Notes: generated by a model not told the origin, from the sequence alone. A stretch of DNA of 64,000 bases from the human T2T-CHM13v2.0 reference genome, Homo sapiens (GCF_009914755.1 NC_060928.1); one strand, 5' to 3'. Shown: positions 1 through 13,168, numbered from the stretch's first letter. Made by a program: numbers and translations.

Positions 1-219
1 CCTACGCCTTCTGGGTTCAAGCGATTCCCCTGCCTCAGCCTCCTGAGTAGCTGGGATTACAGGCGTGTGCCACCATGCCCAGCTAATATTTTCGTATTTT
101 TAGTAGAGACAGGGTTTCACCATGTTCGTCAGGCTGGTCTCAAACTCCTCACCTCGTGATCCACCTGCCTTGGCCTCCCAGGGTGCTGAGAGTACAGGCA
201 TAAGCCACCATGCCCGGCC
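1..219 (-). mobile_element. Alu (AluS-type), cut by window start
   Basis: Reverse-complement Alu: CTGCCTCAGCCTCCTGAGTAGCTGGGATTACAGGC, linker TATTTTTAGTAGAGAC, ending GCCACCATGCCCGGCC. Confidence 0.95.
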
Positions 220-239
220 TAGAAACCCTAAATAAAACC

Positions 240-465
240 ATTTCTACAATCAAAACTACAGGCACTGATGGCTTCCCCAGACAATTGTAACAGTAATCTA
301 TTTAAAGGAGTGATTTCAAAACACAAAAACGTTTTCAGAAAATGAAAAGAGTGAAAACATCATCAGCTCACTTTCGTGTTATCAAAAGCTGACAAGAATA
401 TTAGAAGAAAGGGTAATGCAAATCAACATTCAAAACTTTAAAGCAATTAGCAAATGGAAATTATT
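240..465 (+). mobile_element. Degraded L1M ORF2 fragment
   Basis: A-rich; AAAACTACAGGCACTGATGGCTTC and AATTAGCAAATGGAAATT resemble L1 ORF2 nucleotide motifs recalled from memory. Confidence 0.55.
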
Positions 466-659
466 TTATTGGACGGTAAGAAACTAATTTCCTCAATTTT
501 ATTTCTGCAAATATTGGCATTATCTATCACCTAGTTCTTTTTTATTCAGTTTAGAATTTTTTTTGGAAGTTAAAATATTTTTTAATGCCAGTCAACTTCA
601 TGAGCTAAAAGTTCTGACTGCATTTTTTTTCTAAGACTTGCCTTTTCCTCTATGAGTAC

Positions 660-1005
660 TTAGGCTCTTGTGATTGGTCTAACAGTTTGGTCCACAGTAA
701 TCTACATATCTCCATGAAAGTATTTTATAGATGTGATAAACATTTATAATCATTTGGCTTTAAGTAAAAGAGATCAACCTTTTTAACATACATAAGCCAC
801 TTCCAATCAGCTGAAAAACTAAAGGGTAAAAGCAGATCTTCTGCTGAAGAAATTCTGCTTTGAAATTGTAGTCTTTGTAAATTTTAGACTCAAAACTAAA
901 ACAGTAACTCTTGTCAGAGTTTCCAGTCTGCTAGCCTGCCCTAGGCATTTCGTACTTGTCACCTGGCAAAATCTCATAAGGGAATTCCTTAAAATCTGTC
1001 TATCT

Positions 1006-1051
<46 letters not shown>

Positions 1052-1195
1052 GTCTCTCTTTCTCTCTCTCTCTCTCTCTGCATCCATTTATAATCTATCT
1101 AGTCTGCCATATTATACATATATATCTTCATATTATCTATATTCATATCTATCTCATCTTGGTTATGTTTCTCTGGAGAAATCCTAATTGATACA
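660..1195 (+). mobile_element. MLT2-family (MLT2D-like) ERVL LTR
   Basis: CCAATCAGCTGAA, GAAGAAATTCTGC, CTGCTAGCCTGCCCT, AATTCCTTAAAAT plus simple repeat, and 3' end TGTTTCTCTGGAGAAATCCTAATTGATACA. 5' boundary approximate. Confidence 0.8.
1007..1079 (+). repeat. (TATC)11 microsatellite followed by (TC)n
   Basis: Perfect TATC x11 at 1007-1050, then a TC run; lies inside the MLT2 LTR. Confidence 0.97.
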
Positions 1196-1719
1196 GACAT
1201 GTTGGAGTTACCAGTTTCTTTGTGTCCGTGGCTTTAATCTTTCTAGAAGCCTTCTGGCAAGCTAGAAGGATCTAGAACAGTTCGTTATCCTTTCAGAATT
1301 CTTAAATTTTGAACGATAATCACATGCATATTGGAAATCCCCTAGTTTTAGTCTATCTCCTTCCTACAAGTGTATTATCATGGTCAAGCCCTTGTTTTGG
1401 AGAAAAACAGCTTAATTATCCAAGCCTTGGAATTTGTAAACTCTCTATTCCACTTTAGTTCTATTTGCATATCAGCTTATTCTATTTTGAGCGCATCTCT
1501 TTCCTGTGTACCTTAGTGATACAGCTAAGAGTAACTAAGAAACATTGCCAATACTTTGCCTTGAAATCACCTCGCCCAATTTTAAAAATCCATCAGATAT
1601 ATTTTCTGAATTGTAAGATAATACAAGCCACTGCCTTTCCTATGAGAGTTTCCTTTTGACCTGCTGCCCTTCTAAGATACTGCTATGTATTTTATATTTA
1701 AGCTATTGGTACCAATATC

Positions 1720-2130
1720 TATATAATTCAATTTTGTCATAATAGTGCCATGTAAAAAGCCATCCTAAATTTCAGTAGCTTATGACAAAACGTTTACCCC
1801 CATGAGGGTTCTTAAGTGCAGGTGACTACAGTTTAGCATATTTAGTAGTTAGATGGCTGTGCTTTAGGTTGCAGTTGGTTTTGCTTTCTTCAAAGCTGAA
1901 GAATTAAGTTCACATCTGTTCTATTTTGTACTTACGTTTAAAGGGAAGCAGTTACTGAAGCATGATATTCCCATGACACCAGAATTATAAGAACAAACAA
2001 AACTGTGCAAATATCTTTAAACCTTCTGCTCAAATTACAACTGGTTATATTATAGTGGACTATTCAAATCCCTTTGCCAAGCTGAACATCAACCAGCAGA
2101 AAAGTATATTCTGCCCATAGTGTGAGGGGA
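1720..2130 (-). mobile_element. Old MLT1-family MaLR LTR remnant
   Basis: CCATCCTAAATTTCAGTAGCTTATGACAAAAC resembles the MLT1 antisense motif CCCAAAACTCAGTGGCTTAAAACAAC; heavily diverged. Confidence 0.5.
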
Positions 2131-2820
2131 TGAGAAGGGAGCCATAAGTAACCCATGTCACAGAGAAAAATTTGTTATAACTCTGCATTTTATCTGGAGC
2201 GTATCTTTATATGTAGAGTCAAGCAAATTTTTTCTTTATTCAGGTACATGTTCTTCATTGCCATAAGCAGTTACTGTACCAGAAGAGTAACTTCCGGCCT
2301 TTACTCCTCCAATTAAACACTGCCAGGAGTTTGTCCATGATGCCAACAACAGCACTGACAAATGGTGAAATCACTGTAAATCTTATGTTGAAAATTTTAA
2401 GCAGGTAAACATTAAATGAAAAAGACAACAGAAAATGAAGGTAGTATCTGATGTGCTCTGAAGTAACTATTCCTGATAAATTAATGTTGTGTAATTATCA
2501 CTGGTGTTAGGATGGAAAGTCCAATGTAAATTATTATAGTGAAGTTTATAAAATGAGGAAAGGGAAACATTGTTTATTGAGATCCATGGGGAGTAAAGAG
2601 TTTGTTTAATACTGGAAGCATAGACAAATCATTTCAATAAAGTTTAATGTAATGTAACTATTAAATACTTATTATATACCTGGTTTTAAAATAGGGGTCA
2701 CAATTTCGTATTATTGAAGGGAATATTTTTATAACTTGAAAAATATTGGAAATATTTATATAATATTTTTAAGTCTGTAAATTGTTTGGGAGTGAAAGTA
2801 GCCAAACTAAATATTTTGCC

Positions 2821-2933
2821 TAAGAAGACCAGTGAACTCAGTTTGCCTGCGACTGAGGAATTTCCCAGGATTTGTGATTTTCAGTGTTGAAGTCAGAGCA
2901 ATCTCAGGAAAACTGGGACAGTTGGTCACACTG
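2821..2933. mobile_element. hAT-Blackjack MITE (MER81/MER94-like)
   Basis: CAGTTTGCCTGCGACTGAGGAATTTCCCAGGA...TTTCAGTGTTGAA...AAACTGGGACAGTTGGTCACACT with a decayed terminal inverted repeat. Confidence 0.7.
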
Positions 2934-3507
2934 TTTGTGTCCTCTGCAAAGACCAGGCTTCTGATATGACAGTATATAGTAGTTGCTGTGCTGAGTGATC
3001 AAGATTTAAGAATTGATCTTATATATTCTCTGCAAATAACTTAAATCTAGGAAGAAAAAAATAGGTGTATTGCTAACTGCAACAAATTGTGAATTTAGTG
3101 CTGCAGGCTAAGGTGGGAAATGAAATCTAGTGATGCTTATCTAATGCTTTACAAGGAAATACACATTTGAGATTTGTTTTGTGAAACAATTGGGAATTTA
3201 TAAAGTAAGCACGTTGCATAAGTATGTCTCAGGCAAAGAGATTAGAAAGAAACAAAAATAGACTTTTTAGAAGGCTCTGCCTGCCAAGTTATGAAATATA
3301 GACCAGATACAAAAATTGCAAAGGATTTATTACATTTTCACAAAAATTATGCCAACATTTTTCAGAATTTTATTTTCTCTAATTTTCATCTTTCTTTAAA
3401 TAATTCAGCTTGCCTGATCACTTGCTACCAAGTGAAGTTTTAACCAAAATATTTAATTTTATAATAACTCACAATCTCAAGATACGGGTTATTCTTTTCA
3501 TTTTAGA

Positions 3508-3755
3508 CTGTCACCTAGACTGGAGTGCAGTGGTTCCATTTGGCTTACTGCAGCCTCAAATTCCTGAGCTCAAGTTTTCTCCTGCTTCAGCCCCCTGAGC
3601 ACTTGCCATCATCCTTGGCTAATTAAAAAAAAAAAAACAATGTAAAGATGGGGTCTTGCTATGTTGTTCAGGCTCAAACCTCTGGTCATAAGCAATCCTC
3701 CCACCTCAACCTCTCAAATTATTGAAATAAGAGACCTGAGCCCCCGCAGCTAGCC
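3508..3755 (-). mobile_element. AluJ, degraded
   Basis: CTGGAGTGCAGTGG, ACTGCAGCCTCAAATTCCTGAGCTCAAG, GATGGGGTCTTGCTATGTTG, AAGCAATCCTCCCACCTCA (J-type motifs). Confidence 0.9.
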
Positions 3756-4419
3756 AAGATATGAAATATTCATTTAAAATGTATCTTCTGTTCTATTTAA
3801 ATGTAAAATTTCATATTTGTATTTTCATAACTAGTGCATATATTTAATGCTATTGCCACCACAAACATTCCATTTGAATGAAATTTAGAACTTATACACA
3901 GTCAGACATAATATATGGTAAACTAAATTTCTATTTGAAGTAAAATATGAAACTGGAAAGAATTTTAAAGGTTCAAACAGTGTGAATAATATATGAGCAG
4001 TGTGGGTGACACAATTTTATATATATGTTGCAAAATGCATTTTAATTATCAATGATTAATTTATGAGATTTACTTCCAACTAGGTGTTTTAGCATTTAAT
4101 AAAAATTGCTATTTCAATGTTTTTCTACCCAGCCTGTTTTGTAGTTGTTATAAGATAATTCAGGTAATTTCTGAAGAAAAGGAAGAAGCTATAAAGTATG
4201 GATAATATATCAATTTTGTTCTGCTATTTAGATTATAATAAATTTTTATACAGGGAAGAGAAAAGGTATATTATATTGATTTGTCCATCTAATGAATATA
4301 CAGTCTGAACATCTTTAAATAAGGTTTTAAGGTTTTCTGGAAGTTTTATTTCATCATAAGGAAAGTTTAAAACTCACTATAAAGCGTATATTAGGTTAAT
4401 TTGATTTTAGGTTTTATAA

Positions 4420-4800
4420 CCCTTACTCAAACTGGCTAAAACCCAAGGAAAATTGATTGGTTTACGTAACTGTAAAGGTTTCCCACCTGAAAAGGTGCGT
4501 TCCAACATTGGATATGAATGGATCCAGATGTAGGATGAAATCAGAACGCTTTCCCTTTACTCTCTCCAGCTTTCAGCCCTGCTTTGCTCTGAAGTGGTTC
4601 ATTTTGAAACAACCCCTCTTCAGGTTGTAACCACCAAGAGGTCCAGCTTAGTAATGCCAGAAGAAAACATCTTCTTTCCAATTTTAACAATTTCAGCCAA
4701 GAACAATCACTGTGACCAAGGGAACCTTCAATCAGTCCACATCCCATGTATTGATTGTAGAAGAATGTGTTTTCCCTAAAAGGAAACTGAAAAAGTCTAA
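4420..4800. mobile_element. Probable old MLT1 (J/K/L-like) LTR remnant
   Basis: GGATCCAGATG...CTCTCTCCAGCTTTCAGCCCTGCTTTGCTCTG resembles late MLT1 LTR motifs; boundaries and strand uncertain. Confidence 0.4.
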
Positions 4801-6062
4801 CAAGAAGAACTATGAATTTGTAGGCAGCGGGAAAGACTTTTCTTTCATGCATTGGTATTTAATTTATTCTGCCTAAGAACAAATTTCTATAATAAACAGA
4901 TTTTGTCTTTTAAAATAGTAACACAAATTTCATGCAAACAAAACATCTAATGGTATCCCAAATGGTTTCAAATTTCAAAATGTGGTTTTCTAAATAATAA
5001 AAACAAATCAACATACACACAAAATGATTTATTATAGTAGTTATAGCAAAACAGTCTCCAGACTACCCTATGCACAAGTATTGTATTGACGTTATGTTTT
5101 TCTTATTGACATCAGCATGAAACAATAAACAGCAAACATAACAAGGAAGAAAACAAAACAAAAGCCTACATTAACCCATATATTTGACATTTTGAAGAAA
5201 AACGTATTAAAAATGGGTTGAGTTGCTATGCTTACACAGCAAGTGACTGCTGTTACATTGAAAGTGGGCTACTCCATGCTAGGTCTAAGAGATCAAATCT
5301 TCCCTTATAAATATATTCAAGTACTTTTCTATTTAAAACACAAATTAATTCAATCTATTAATGGCTGAAAAATTACATAAAGCTGATATACTTTTAATCA
5401 AATATCTACTGAATTTTCTTATTCAACTCTTCCTATTATTACCAATTAGGCTTTTAAGAGTAAATCCTTTAAAATGTAGAGTCATATTAACACTAAATAT
5501 TAGTTCAGTGACAAATTTCAATTTGGTACAACCTAGAACATTTACTAAAAAGCCTATGCTTGAAGTAAAGTGGAATTGCATCAAATTAAAAGAGCAGTCT
5601 ATTAATTTAATTTTACCAATATTTGTCAATAAATAACCTTTTAAAGTTTTATATATTCCCATATATACTAATTTATGAAACATGGATAGCTAGTTATTTT
5701 TAATTTTGAATAGCATTCTTATACTGAACAGTTTATAAAAATGTGAAAATGTACTTAAAAAATATCCACTAAATGTTGTTGAAACATTCTTCTGAAATGA
5801 TGTGCCACATAACTAATATTGAGTAGATATAAGGAAGTCATGATTCATGGATCCAAAACATTAGCAGATATGATCAAAGAAATCACTGATGCAAATCTGA
5901 ATCCTGAATCTGTCATGCAATAGTTGCTTATTGAATATTTGTCAACTCGTGAATCTAGGGCCAAGAAATAAAAACGATTAAATGATCATTTTATAGACGA
6001 ATAATTTTAGAATTCATATTGCATAAAGAAAGGCATAAGTGCCTTCACTAGACCAAATATCT

Positions 6063-6297
6063 ATAGCTAATATCTTTAGCACTTAGTATCTGCCAGGCAC
6101 AGTTCTAAGTACCTCACATGTATTAAAGTCTTCAATCTTCACAACAATCCTGTGAGGCATATGCTATCATTACCTCCAATTTAACACTTGAAGAACTAAG
6201 GCACTAAGAGCTTGAGTATCTATTTCAAGGTCACCAGTTAGGTAAGAGGCATGACTCAGACAGAGGCAGCAGGGCTGAGTCCACACCCTTCACCATT
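6063..6297 (-). mobile_element. MIR
   Basis: GCACTTAGTATCTGCCAGGCACAGTTCTAAG...AATCTTCACAACAATCCTGTGAGG...GAAGAACTAAGGCAC...CAAGGTCAC. Confidence 0.9.
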
Positions 6298-8658
6298 AAG
6301 GTATAATACAGTAAGCTAAATACAAGAAACATTTTGTAAACTTTGAACACCAAATGTAAACACATAACCTAACCAAAAAAGAGCATCTAGTATTTACATT
6401 GGCAAACAAAAAGTATGTTCACTCAATCAACTAGCAAATAGTATATATGTAATAATTTTAACTTTATTTTACTATAACTATAGTTTTGTCATTAAAATGT
6501 CTGAAATTAAAAAAATCATTTTCTATGTTTCTAGTGGTCATTCTGCTGTCACTCATACATTATAATGGCTTGGAATTTAAAATAATATCTCTTTCAAGGG
6601 GTTACAATAAATTGGATTCGACTTTCATACTAGAGAGCCAAAAGATTGGATAAAACTCTCTGCAGAAACCAATTGAGCCAACTGAACTATGTGTGTGCGT
6701 GCATGTGTGTGTGTGTTAGAGAAGTATTAACAATTACACATAGGTCAGTCTAATTCTGGATATCACAGACCTTGAGGTACCCTTTAGCATTCATTTTATC
6801 AAAATAAAGGAACACATACTTTAGGAACATGTCTTTGGAAGCTCCAAATGCTGGAGTAAGCTGTGCCATCTGTGTGGAGTAAGCATCTTCACTCAGTTCC
6901 AAGAACATTCCTGCTTACATTTGTCTGAATATTAATGACATCAAACTGTGACATGTCCCTTGTTGGAACTGATTTCACAGCATTTCTCATTTGAACAAAT
7001 ATCATGATAAGGGTACATTTTAACCATTTTTTCATAGTTCCTGGCACATAACATTAAGAAGGGCATTGAAGCATAACTATTTTGATATTCTGCTGATATG
7101 GAAAATGCTAAAATTCTTAATAAGCAAAATACACTACATGTAACAATTAATTAGGCTGAAAGAACATGTCAGATTTCTAGTGACATTACCTGAAGCCTAA
7201 AATTTTTATGAAAAAAGACATTAAAGCAATAGTCATTGTCCATTCTATCTCAGTACCTTGTAAGTGAACATATCAGCTCTACATATTTTCTATATTTTGT
7301 TTCTAAATAGAAGTTTTAAATAACATTGCTTTCATAATGTGTTCCCTAGTTACTTAATGTACACGTATAGAACATATCTGTAAAGATCATCCGCATTCCT
7401 TCTTCTATATATAGCAATTGTCTTTCTTATATTTCCTTTTATATTAACATAGATCTTTATAATGAAGAGAATACCAAATATTGTTATTTTGCTTTTATAG
7501 CTACCATATCTTCTGAATAATTAAAAATCTCTACTTGTTACATGATACAAAAATTTCTACCCTGCAAATGACTATTTTTATACAGAAATACTACCAGTGA
7601 GAAACATGTTTGAAGGTTTCATATACATTTACCAATATCAGTGGAGTTAAAACACTTGAATCTTGTAGGTTTGGTGTAAAAACTGTATTCTAACCTCATA
7701 CAACCTTAAATAACCCTTAAAGTATAGGAAATAACCTTGTTACATTACTAATTCCTATATGCTTGCTATTGAAAATAATGATAAATTCCTCAGGAATTAT
7801 ACTTTTATGCATTTCTATTTTGAAAGGTATGTAATTGACACAGGTAAGGTATTCTTGTTTTAGCAAAATGACTAATAGCTGAGAAAAAAAGTTACATATT
7901 CATTAAAATATTTGAACTCCTAAAAGGATATTTCAATATGGCTGGGCACAAGTAAACACAACATTTCTGTAATGCCATAATTTGCTAATAGCTACATTTA
8001 AAGCCAAAAAAGTTAATTCATGCTAATAGATAAGTCAACAAAATTCTATTTTTATAAGCACATAAAAAGCAAAACTATGTAAATAATAAGCTTTCTATCA
8101 GAAAAATAGGTTTATTGAATTTTTAAAAATAAATTATCAGAGATTTACAGACAAATGAATAAAACCTGACAATATTAGATCTAGTAAGAAAACATTTAAC
8201 CAGAAAGAAAAGCTATTACCTGGATCACCTCACTCTTCCCTAGTCATTCCTCTACTAAATTTTTAAAGAGCCTTTACAAATTTCCAAGTTTCTTGTTTTT
8301 TAAAAATGTATTGACAACCTTAAAACAAAACAACTCTCTCCAACTACCTTCCCTGTCAGCAATCTTCTTAGATCTCACCTTCTGTTAAGAGCTAAACTCT
8401 TGATTCAAGGTTAATTCATAATTAACATTAACTATTTTTCTACTTCCTTCCCAGTTTCCTTCAACATACTTTGTACTCCCATAAGCCATCAAGCCAACTC
8501 TAGATAAATTTACTCAAATTTATTGAGTGAAATAAATATCTGTACCTCATTAAACAAATATTATTTGTCAATCCCAGCCATTTTTCTTTTCTAAGTAATT
8601 TGAAAGACTATTCATCACTTTTTCTTTAAGACATGCTTCAGCTTTTGTGATAATACAA

Positions 8659-9262
8659 TGTATTTGTTTTCTATGCTGTATAACAAACTACCACAAATTT
8701 AGCAGCTTAAAGCAATATATATCTATATCTATATATCTATATACTCTATATCTTTTTTTTTTTTTTTTTTTGGTCTCACGGTTTCTATAGGTCAGGAATC
8801 TGGTAAAATCTGGATCCTCCACGGAGGATCTTAAAATGTTGCAATCAATCAAGGTGTCCGCCAGGCTGTGCCATCATTTGGAGCTCAGGTTTATGAAGCT
8901 CTAAATAAACTTTATAGTTGTTGGCCTAACATTTCTTTCTAGTTGTAACAGCCCTTAGTTCCTAGAGAGCAGCCCTTCTCCATAAGCAATTCACTAAATT
9001 GCTACTTGCTTCTTTGAGGCCATCAGTAAAGCATTTTCCTTTGAAATAATTAATCTGATTAGGTAAAGGCTATTCAGGATAATCTCTCTTTTGTCTAACA
9101 TAGCATTAACTAAATAGGATCCTCTATTCCATGTGAAAGATCCCTTCCATATTGGTATGTGCCCAGGTGCCATCTATTACTTCTGCCAAGTAACCCAGCT
9201 TAATTACAGGAGTAACAGCGGGGCAGAGGTCATAGAGTCCAGCTAAGATTTTGCCTATCACA
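8659..9262 (-). mobile_element. MLT1 (D/E/F-like) MaLR solo LTR inserted into an L2 remnant
   Basis: Begins TGTATTTGTTTTCTATGCTGTATAACAAACTACCACAAATTTAGCAGCTTAAA and ends GATTTTGCCTATCACA; L2-like sequence on both sides. Confidence 0.8.
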
Positions 9263-9459
9263 TCTAGCTTCCTGGTTTTTACTAAACCTCTCTAGGCATT
9301 CTTCCTTAATCTGATTTGACAACATATCCTCCAATCATTAAATATTCAAGTTTCTGCTAAAGGCCTAGGGTCCATTCTAGTCAACTCAAAACTCAATTTC
9401 TTCCCATTCTCATATATGCCCTTGGAACCTTGGAATTGTTTACTACTCAAACATAAAAT

Positions 9460-9580
9460 GCTCACAGATTCTATAGAAATTAAAATAAATATAAGGAAAC
9501 GTTAACAAAATTATACCAACCCATTACATAACTTAGATGAACACATTCTTAAAAAGATATAAGCCACTAAAACAAAAAAC
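9460..9580 (+). mobile_element. L1M ORF2 fragment
   Basis: ACAGATTCTATAGAAATTAAAA...ATAACTTAGATGAA...ATTCTTAAAAAGATA resembles the L1 ORF2 region. Confidence 0.55.
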
Positions 9581-9583
9581 CCT

Positions 9584-9584
<1 letters not shown>

Positions 9585-9628
<44 letters not shown>
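9585..9628 (+). repeat. (TAGA)11 microsatellite
   Basis: Perfect TAGA x11 read directly. Confidence 0.97.
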
Positions 9629-10681
9629 GAGAGATAGTCATTTATTTCACAAATAGTATATATATGTATATATCATGTATTTGGAAACTTAGAACATTAA
9701 ACATAAAATTGATTTTTTTCAGCAATTTAAATTCCATGGAGAATAAATTCTAAATAATGTGTTTTTCTTCAAACATTACCTTAAATATTTTCTAACAGCT
9801 CCCTTTCGAAACACTTAATTATATCTTTAAAAGATTTCTCTGATTTCTGGTCACTTTTAGTTATTAAGCCTCAGTTGAGGTTAGATATAAAATCTTATAG
9901 TTGATGTTTGAATCTTATTTTACCCTCTCTCCAAGAGTAGACTTAAATTTCAGCCCTACAGATCTGAGGTTGAAATAGTGATTGGCCTCTGCTTTCACTC
10001 TTCATTTCTAACATCTTGAAATGGAGTGCGAGAAGGAAGTTTGGTTAAAAAACATCTCTTTGCCTTTCCACTTATAGGTTTGAGTCTGCTGGCATTATGA
10101 GGCTGAACAAGGTCAGTGGGCAGAGAGATATCAGCTGTAAGTGGCCCACTGTTATATATGAATGAAGTAAAATGTCTAAGTTGCTCTGGTTCTACCTATT
10201 GCCATTTTCTGTCTGCCAATGTGGTGAGTGTGGTTGCCTTGGCTTATTATTTAACCTGGCTCTTTCATCCATTAAGAATACTCTGGGACTTAATACGTTT
10301 CCTTAAGCCCCACTTACCTGAAGCTCACCCAATAGCCTCATGGCAGTTGCCACCTCATGAGGTGTGGCAGTCGTTACTGAGGTCATCCCAGTGCTCTTTA
10401 AGGGCTACAGGGAATTGAGATGGGTTTCAATCAGTTGTCTCCTTGGTAATGATACGCAAAGTTCCCTTATTTCCTACTGGCTGTGTAAGGGTCTCTGTGA
10501 TCTTCAGAAATTCTATAACACACAGATAACATTCTCTCTTTTTTCATAAACCACAAACTCTCAGGGTTGAACTCCAGATTCTCTCAATAGCTCCCACAAT
10601 GTTCTCTGCTCTAAGGAAAGAAACGAATGGACCCATCTAGTTTAAGAGTTCAAGATTTCAGCTTGAGAGTAAGATATCAGG

Positions 10682-11221
10682 TGTATTAGTCAAGGTTCTG
10701 TAAAGGGACAGAACTAATAGCACAGATATATATATGAAGGGGAGTTTATTAGGAGAATTGACTCACACAATCACAAGGTGAGGTCTCACAATAGGCCATC
10801 TACAAGCTGAGGATCCAGGAAGCCAGTTCGAGTCACAAAACCTCAAAAGTAGGGAAGCCTATAGTGCAGCCTTCAGCCTGTGACTGAAGGGCTGAGACCC
10901 CCTGGCAAATCACTGGTATAAGTCCTAGAGTCCAAAAGCTGAAGAACTTGGAGTCTGTATTCGAGGATAGGAAGCATCCAGCACAGGAGATGACGGCCAG
11001 AAGACTCAGTCAGTCTAGTCCTTCCAGGTTCCTCTGCCTGCTTTTCTCCTAGCTATGCTGGCAGCTGATTAGATGGTACCTACCCAGATTAAGGGTGGAT
11101 CTGCCTCTCTCAATCCACTGACTCAAATGTTAATCTCCTTTGACAACACCCTCACAGACACACCCAAGACCATGACTTTATATCCTTCAATCCAATCAAG
11201 TTAACAGTATTAACCATCACA
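10682..11221 (-). mobile_element. MLT2A (MLT2A2-like) HERV-L solo LTR
   Basis: TGTATTAGTCAAGGTTCT...GGACAGAACTAATAG...TCCAAAAGCTGAAGAACTTGGAGTCTG...TATTAACCATCACA; 540 bp; degenerate 5-bp TSD TCAGG/CCAGT. Confidence 0.93.
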
Positions 11222-11526
11222 CCAGTCATTGCCAATCTCCAGGAATTCTGTGCTTAGATTTCTACTCATTGTGCCAGAAGTGGTAGTGAAATATAAGAAA
11301 TTATCTTCTATGACACAAAACAGGAGGGCAAAATATTCTCCCCAATGACTTTCATCTCTTTCTCACAATCATCTCCCTGTTTTGACTATGGATGTTATGA
11401 AAGATAGTTGTTTTACCAGCAAGCCCTGTCGGTCTTCCATTCTGGTAGCTCTTCATGGCAGGAGAGTCTTGGTACAAATTCTGGCATATCTTCAGAATCC
11501 TATACTGTTGAATCTGTTATGGTCCC

Positions 11527-11893
11527 TGATATGCTTTGGCTCTGTGTCCCCACCCAAATCTCACATTGTAGCTCCCATAATTCCCATGTGTTGTAGGAGG
11601 GAGCCAGGAGGAGATGACTGCATCATAGGGGCAGGTTTTTCCCATGCGGTTCTCATGATTGTGAATGGGTCTCACGAGATCTGATGGTTTTAAAAACGGG
11701 AGTCTCCCTGCACAAGCTCTCTCTTTGTCTGCCACCATCCACGCAGGATGTGACTTTCTCCTCCTTGCCTTCTGCCATGATTGTGAGGCCTCTCTAGTCA
11801 TGTGGAACTGTAAGTCCAATAAACCTCTTTCTTTTGTAAATTGCCCAGTCTAGGGTAGGTCTTCATCAAGCAGCGTGAAACCGGACTAATACA
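11527..11893 (+). mobile_element. THE1 (THE1B-like) MaLR solo LTR
   Basis: TGATATGCTTTGGCTCTGTGTCCCCACCCAAATCTCA...AATAAACCTCTTTC...GGACTAATACA; perfect 5-bp TSD GTCCC at 11522-11526 and 11894-11898. Confidence 0.96.
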
Positions 11894-12139
11894 GTCCCTG
11901 TACCTATGGTACAGCAGTGAAAGTTCTATTCAAGAGTCAGATATATATTTATTGTATAAAATAATCATTACAAAAAAGCCCTATAAATTCAGTATTACAA
12001 ACCATTCTCCTTTATGCTCCCATTATATAGATGAGATTTATAAAAGCTATGTAAGCTCCCTAAGTAGCTGCACAGTATCTAAATCTATTTGGCTCCCAAG
12101 TCAAACTGTAAACCACTATAGTAAACAGAAAAATGTACA

Positions 12140-12800
12140 AAAGAATATGCAAATTGCCAACACATATTTGTAATACAGCAAGGTTACTGTTAGAGAAATA
12201 CAATTTTAAACAAGGAGATGCATTTTTATCTATATACTTAAAAGATGTTTTATAATAAAAGAATATCCAATGTTAGGCATTATACACATAAACAAGAATG
12301 CCTATAAAATATTCGAAGCATTGTAAATTACTAAATTTCCTTTGAAAACGACTTAACAGTAATTATCAGAAGTCTATAATAGATTGTCATCTTTTTATCT
12401 AGTAATTATGCTGCATGTAATATTTTAAATAACATTTTTAAAAGATATAGTAATACATAGACATTTATTGGAGCATATATAATAATGAAAAACAAATTTC
12501 AATAAATAATATTAATTAAACAAATTACAAAATGTCCTATTAAAATAATATTATAGCAACTAAAAACAATACTTATAATTTATTTTACATTAGGTGGAAA
12601 TTGCTTGTTTCTATGGTTGTAAGACAATATCAAGTCATAGCATATATTTTTTCATATTATGTAAAAATTTAAAAACCAAAGACAGAAATTTAACGTAGCA
12701 GCCATATTTGTTTCTGGAAAAGGGATTACATGTTTTTCTTCATTTAATTTGTGTACTTTTTCACATATGCTCTAAAATGTATAAATGTTTCTTTTTTGCA
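12140..12800 (+). mobile_element. Old L1ME-type 3' remnants
   Basis: GAATATGCAAATTGCCAACACATAT, ATTGTAAATTA...TTTGAAAAC, GACATTTATTGGAGCAT resemble L1 3' motifs; very diverged. Confidence 0.45.
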
Positions 12801-13168
12801 AGAATGTAGAAAAGATATTAAATAGCATAGATTGTGAAAAAGTAGTTACTATTTCACTACTCAGGCTAAAAGTAAGAAAGACTGTTAGACTGACACAGAA
12901 GTTTTGCCGAAGCTAAAGGCATTAGAAAAGACAATTATCCACCTAACACATTTTAATGACAATCATGAGAAATATCATGTTTTTTCTCCTCTTGTGTCTT
13001 ATTCTCTTCTTTCATTTTAAAAGCAAATTCAAAGTGAGAATATTACTTATTTAGAACAAAAAAGTCTAAAAAAATTCTACAGTTTCTATGAAGATTAGAC
13101 TAAGTGTTGCAGTAAATAAAAACAAGGCAATGTTTATTTTAGTGCATGAGGTACATGCTAAACGAGAC

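Noticed and set aside
2240-2380. Possible minus-strand exon (VISPFVSAVVGIMDKLL...)
   Set aside because: Weak acceptor, early stop, no recognisable homology.
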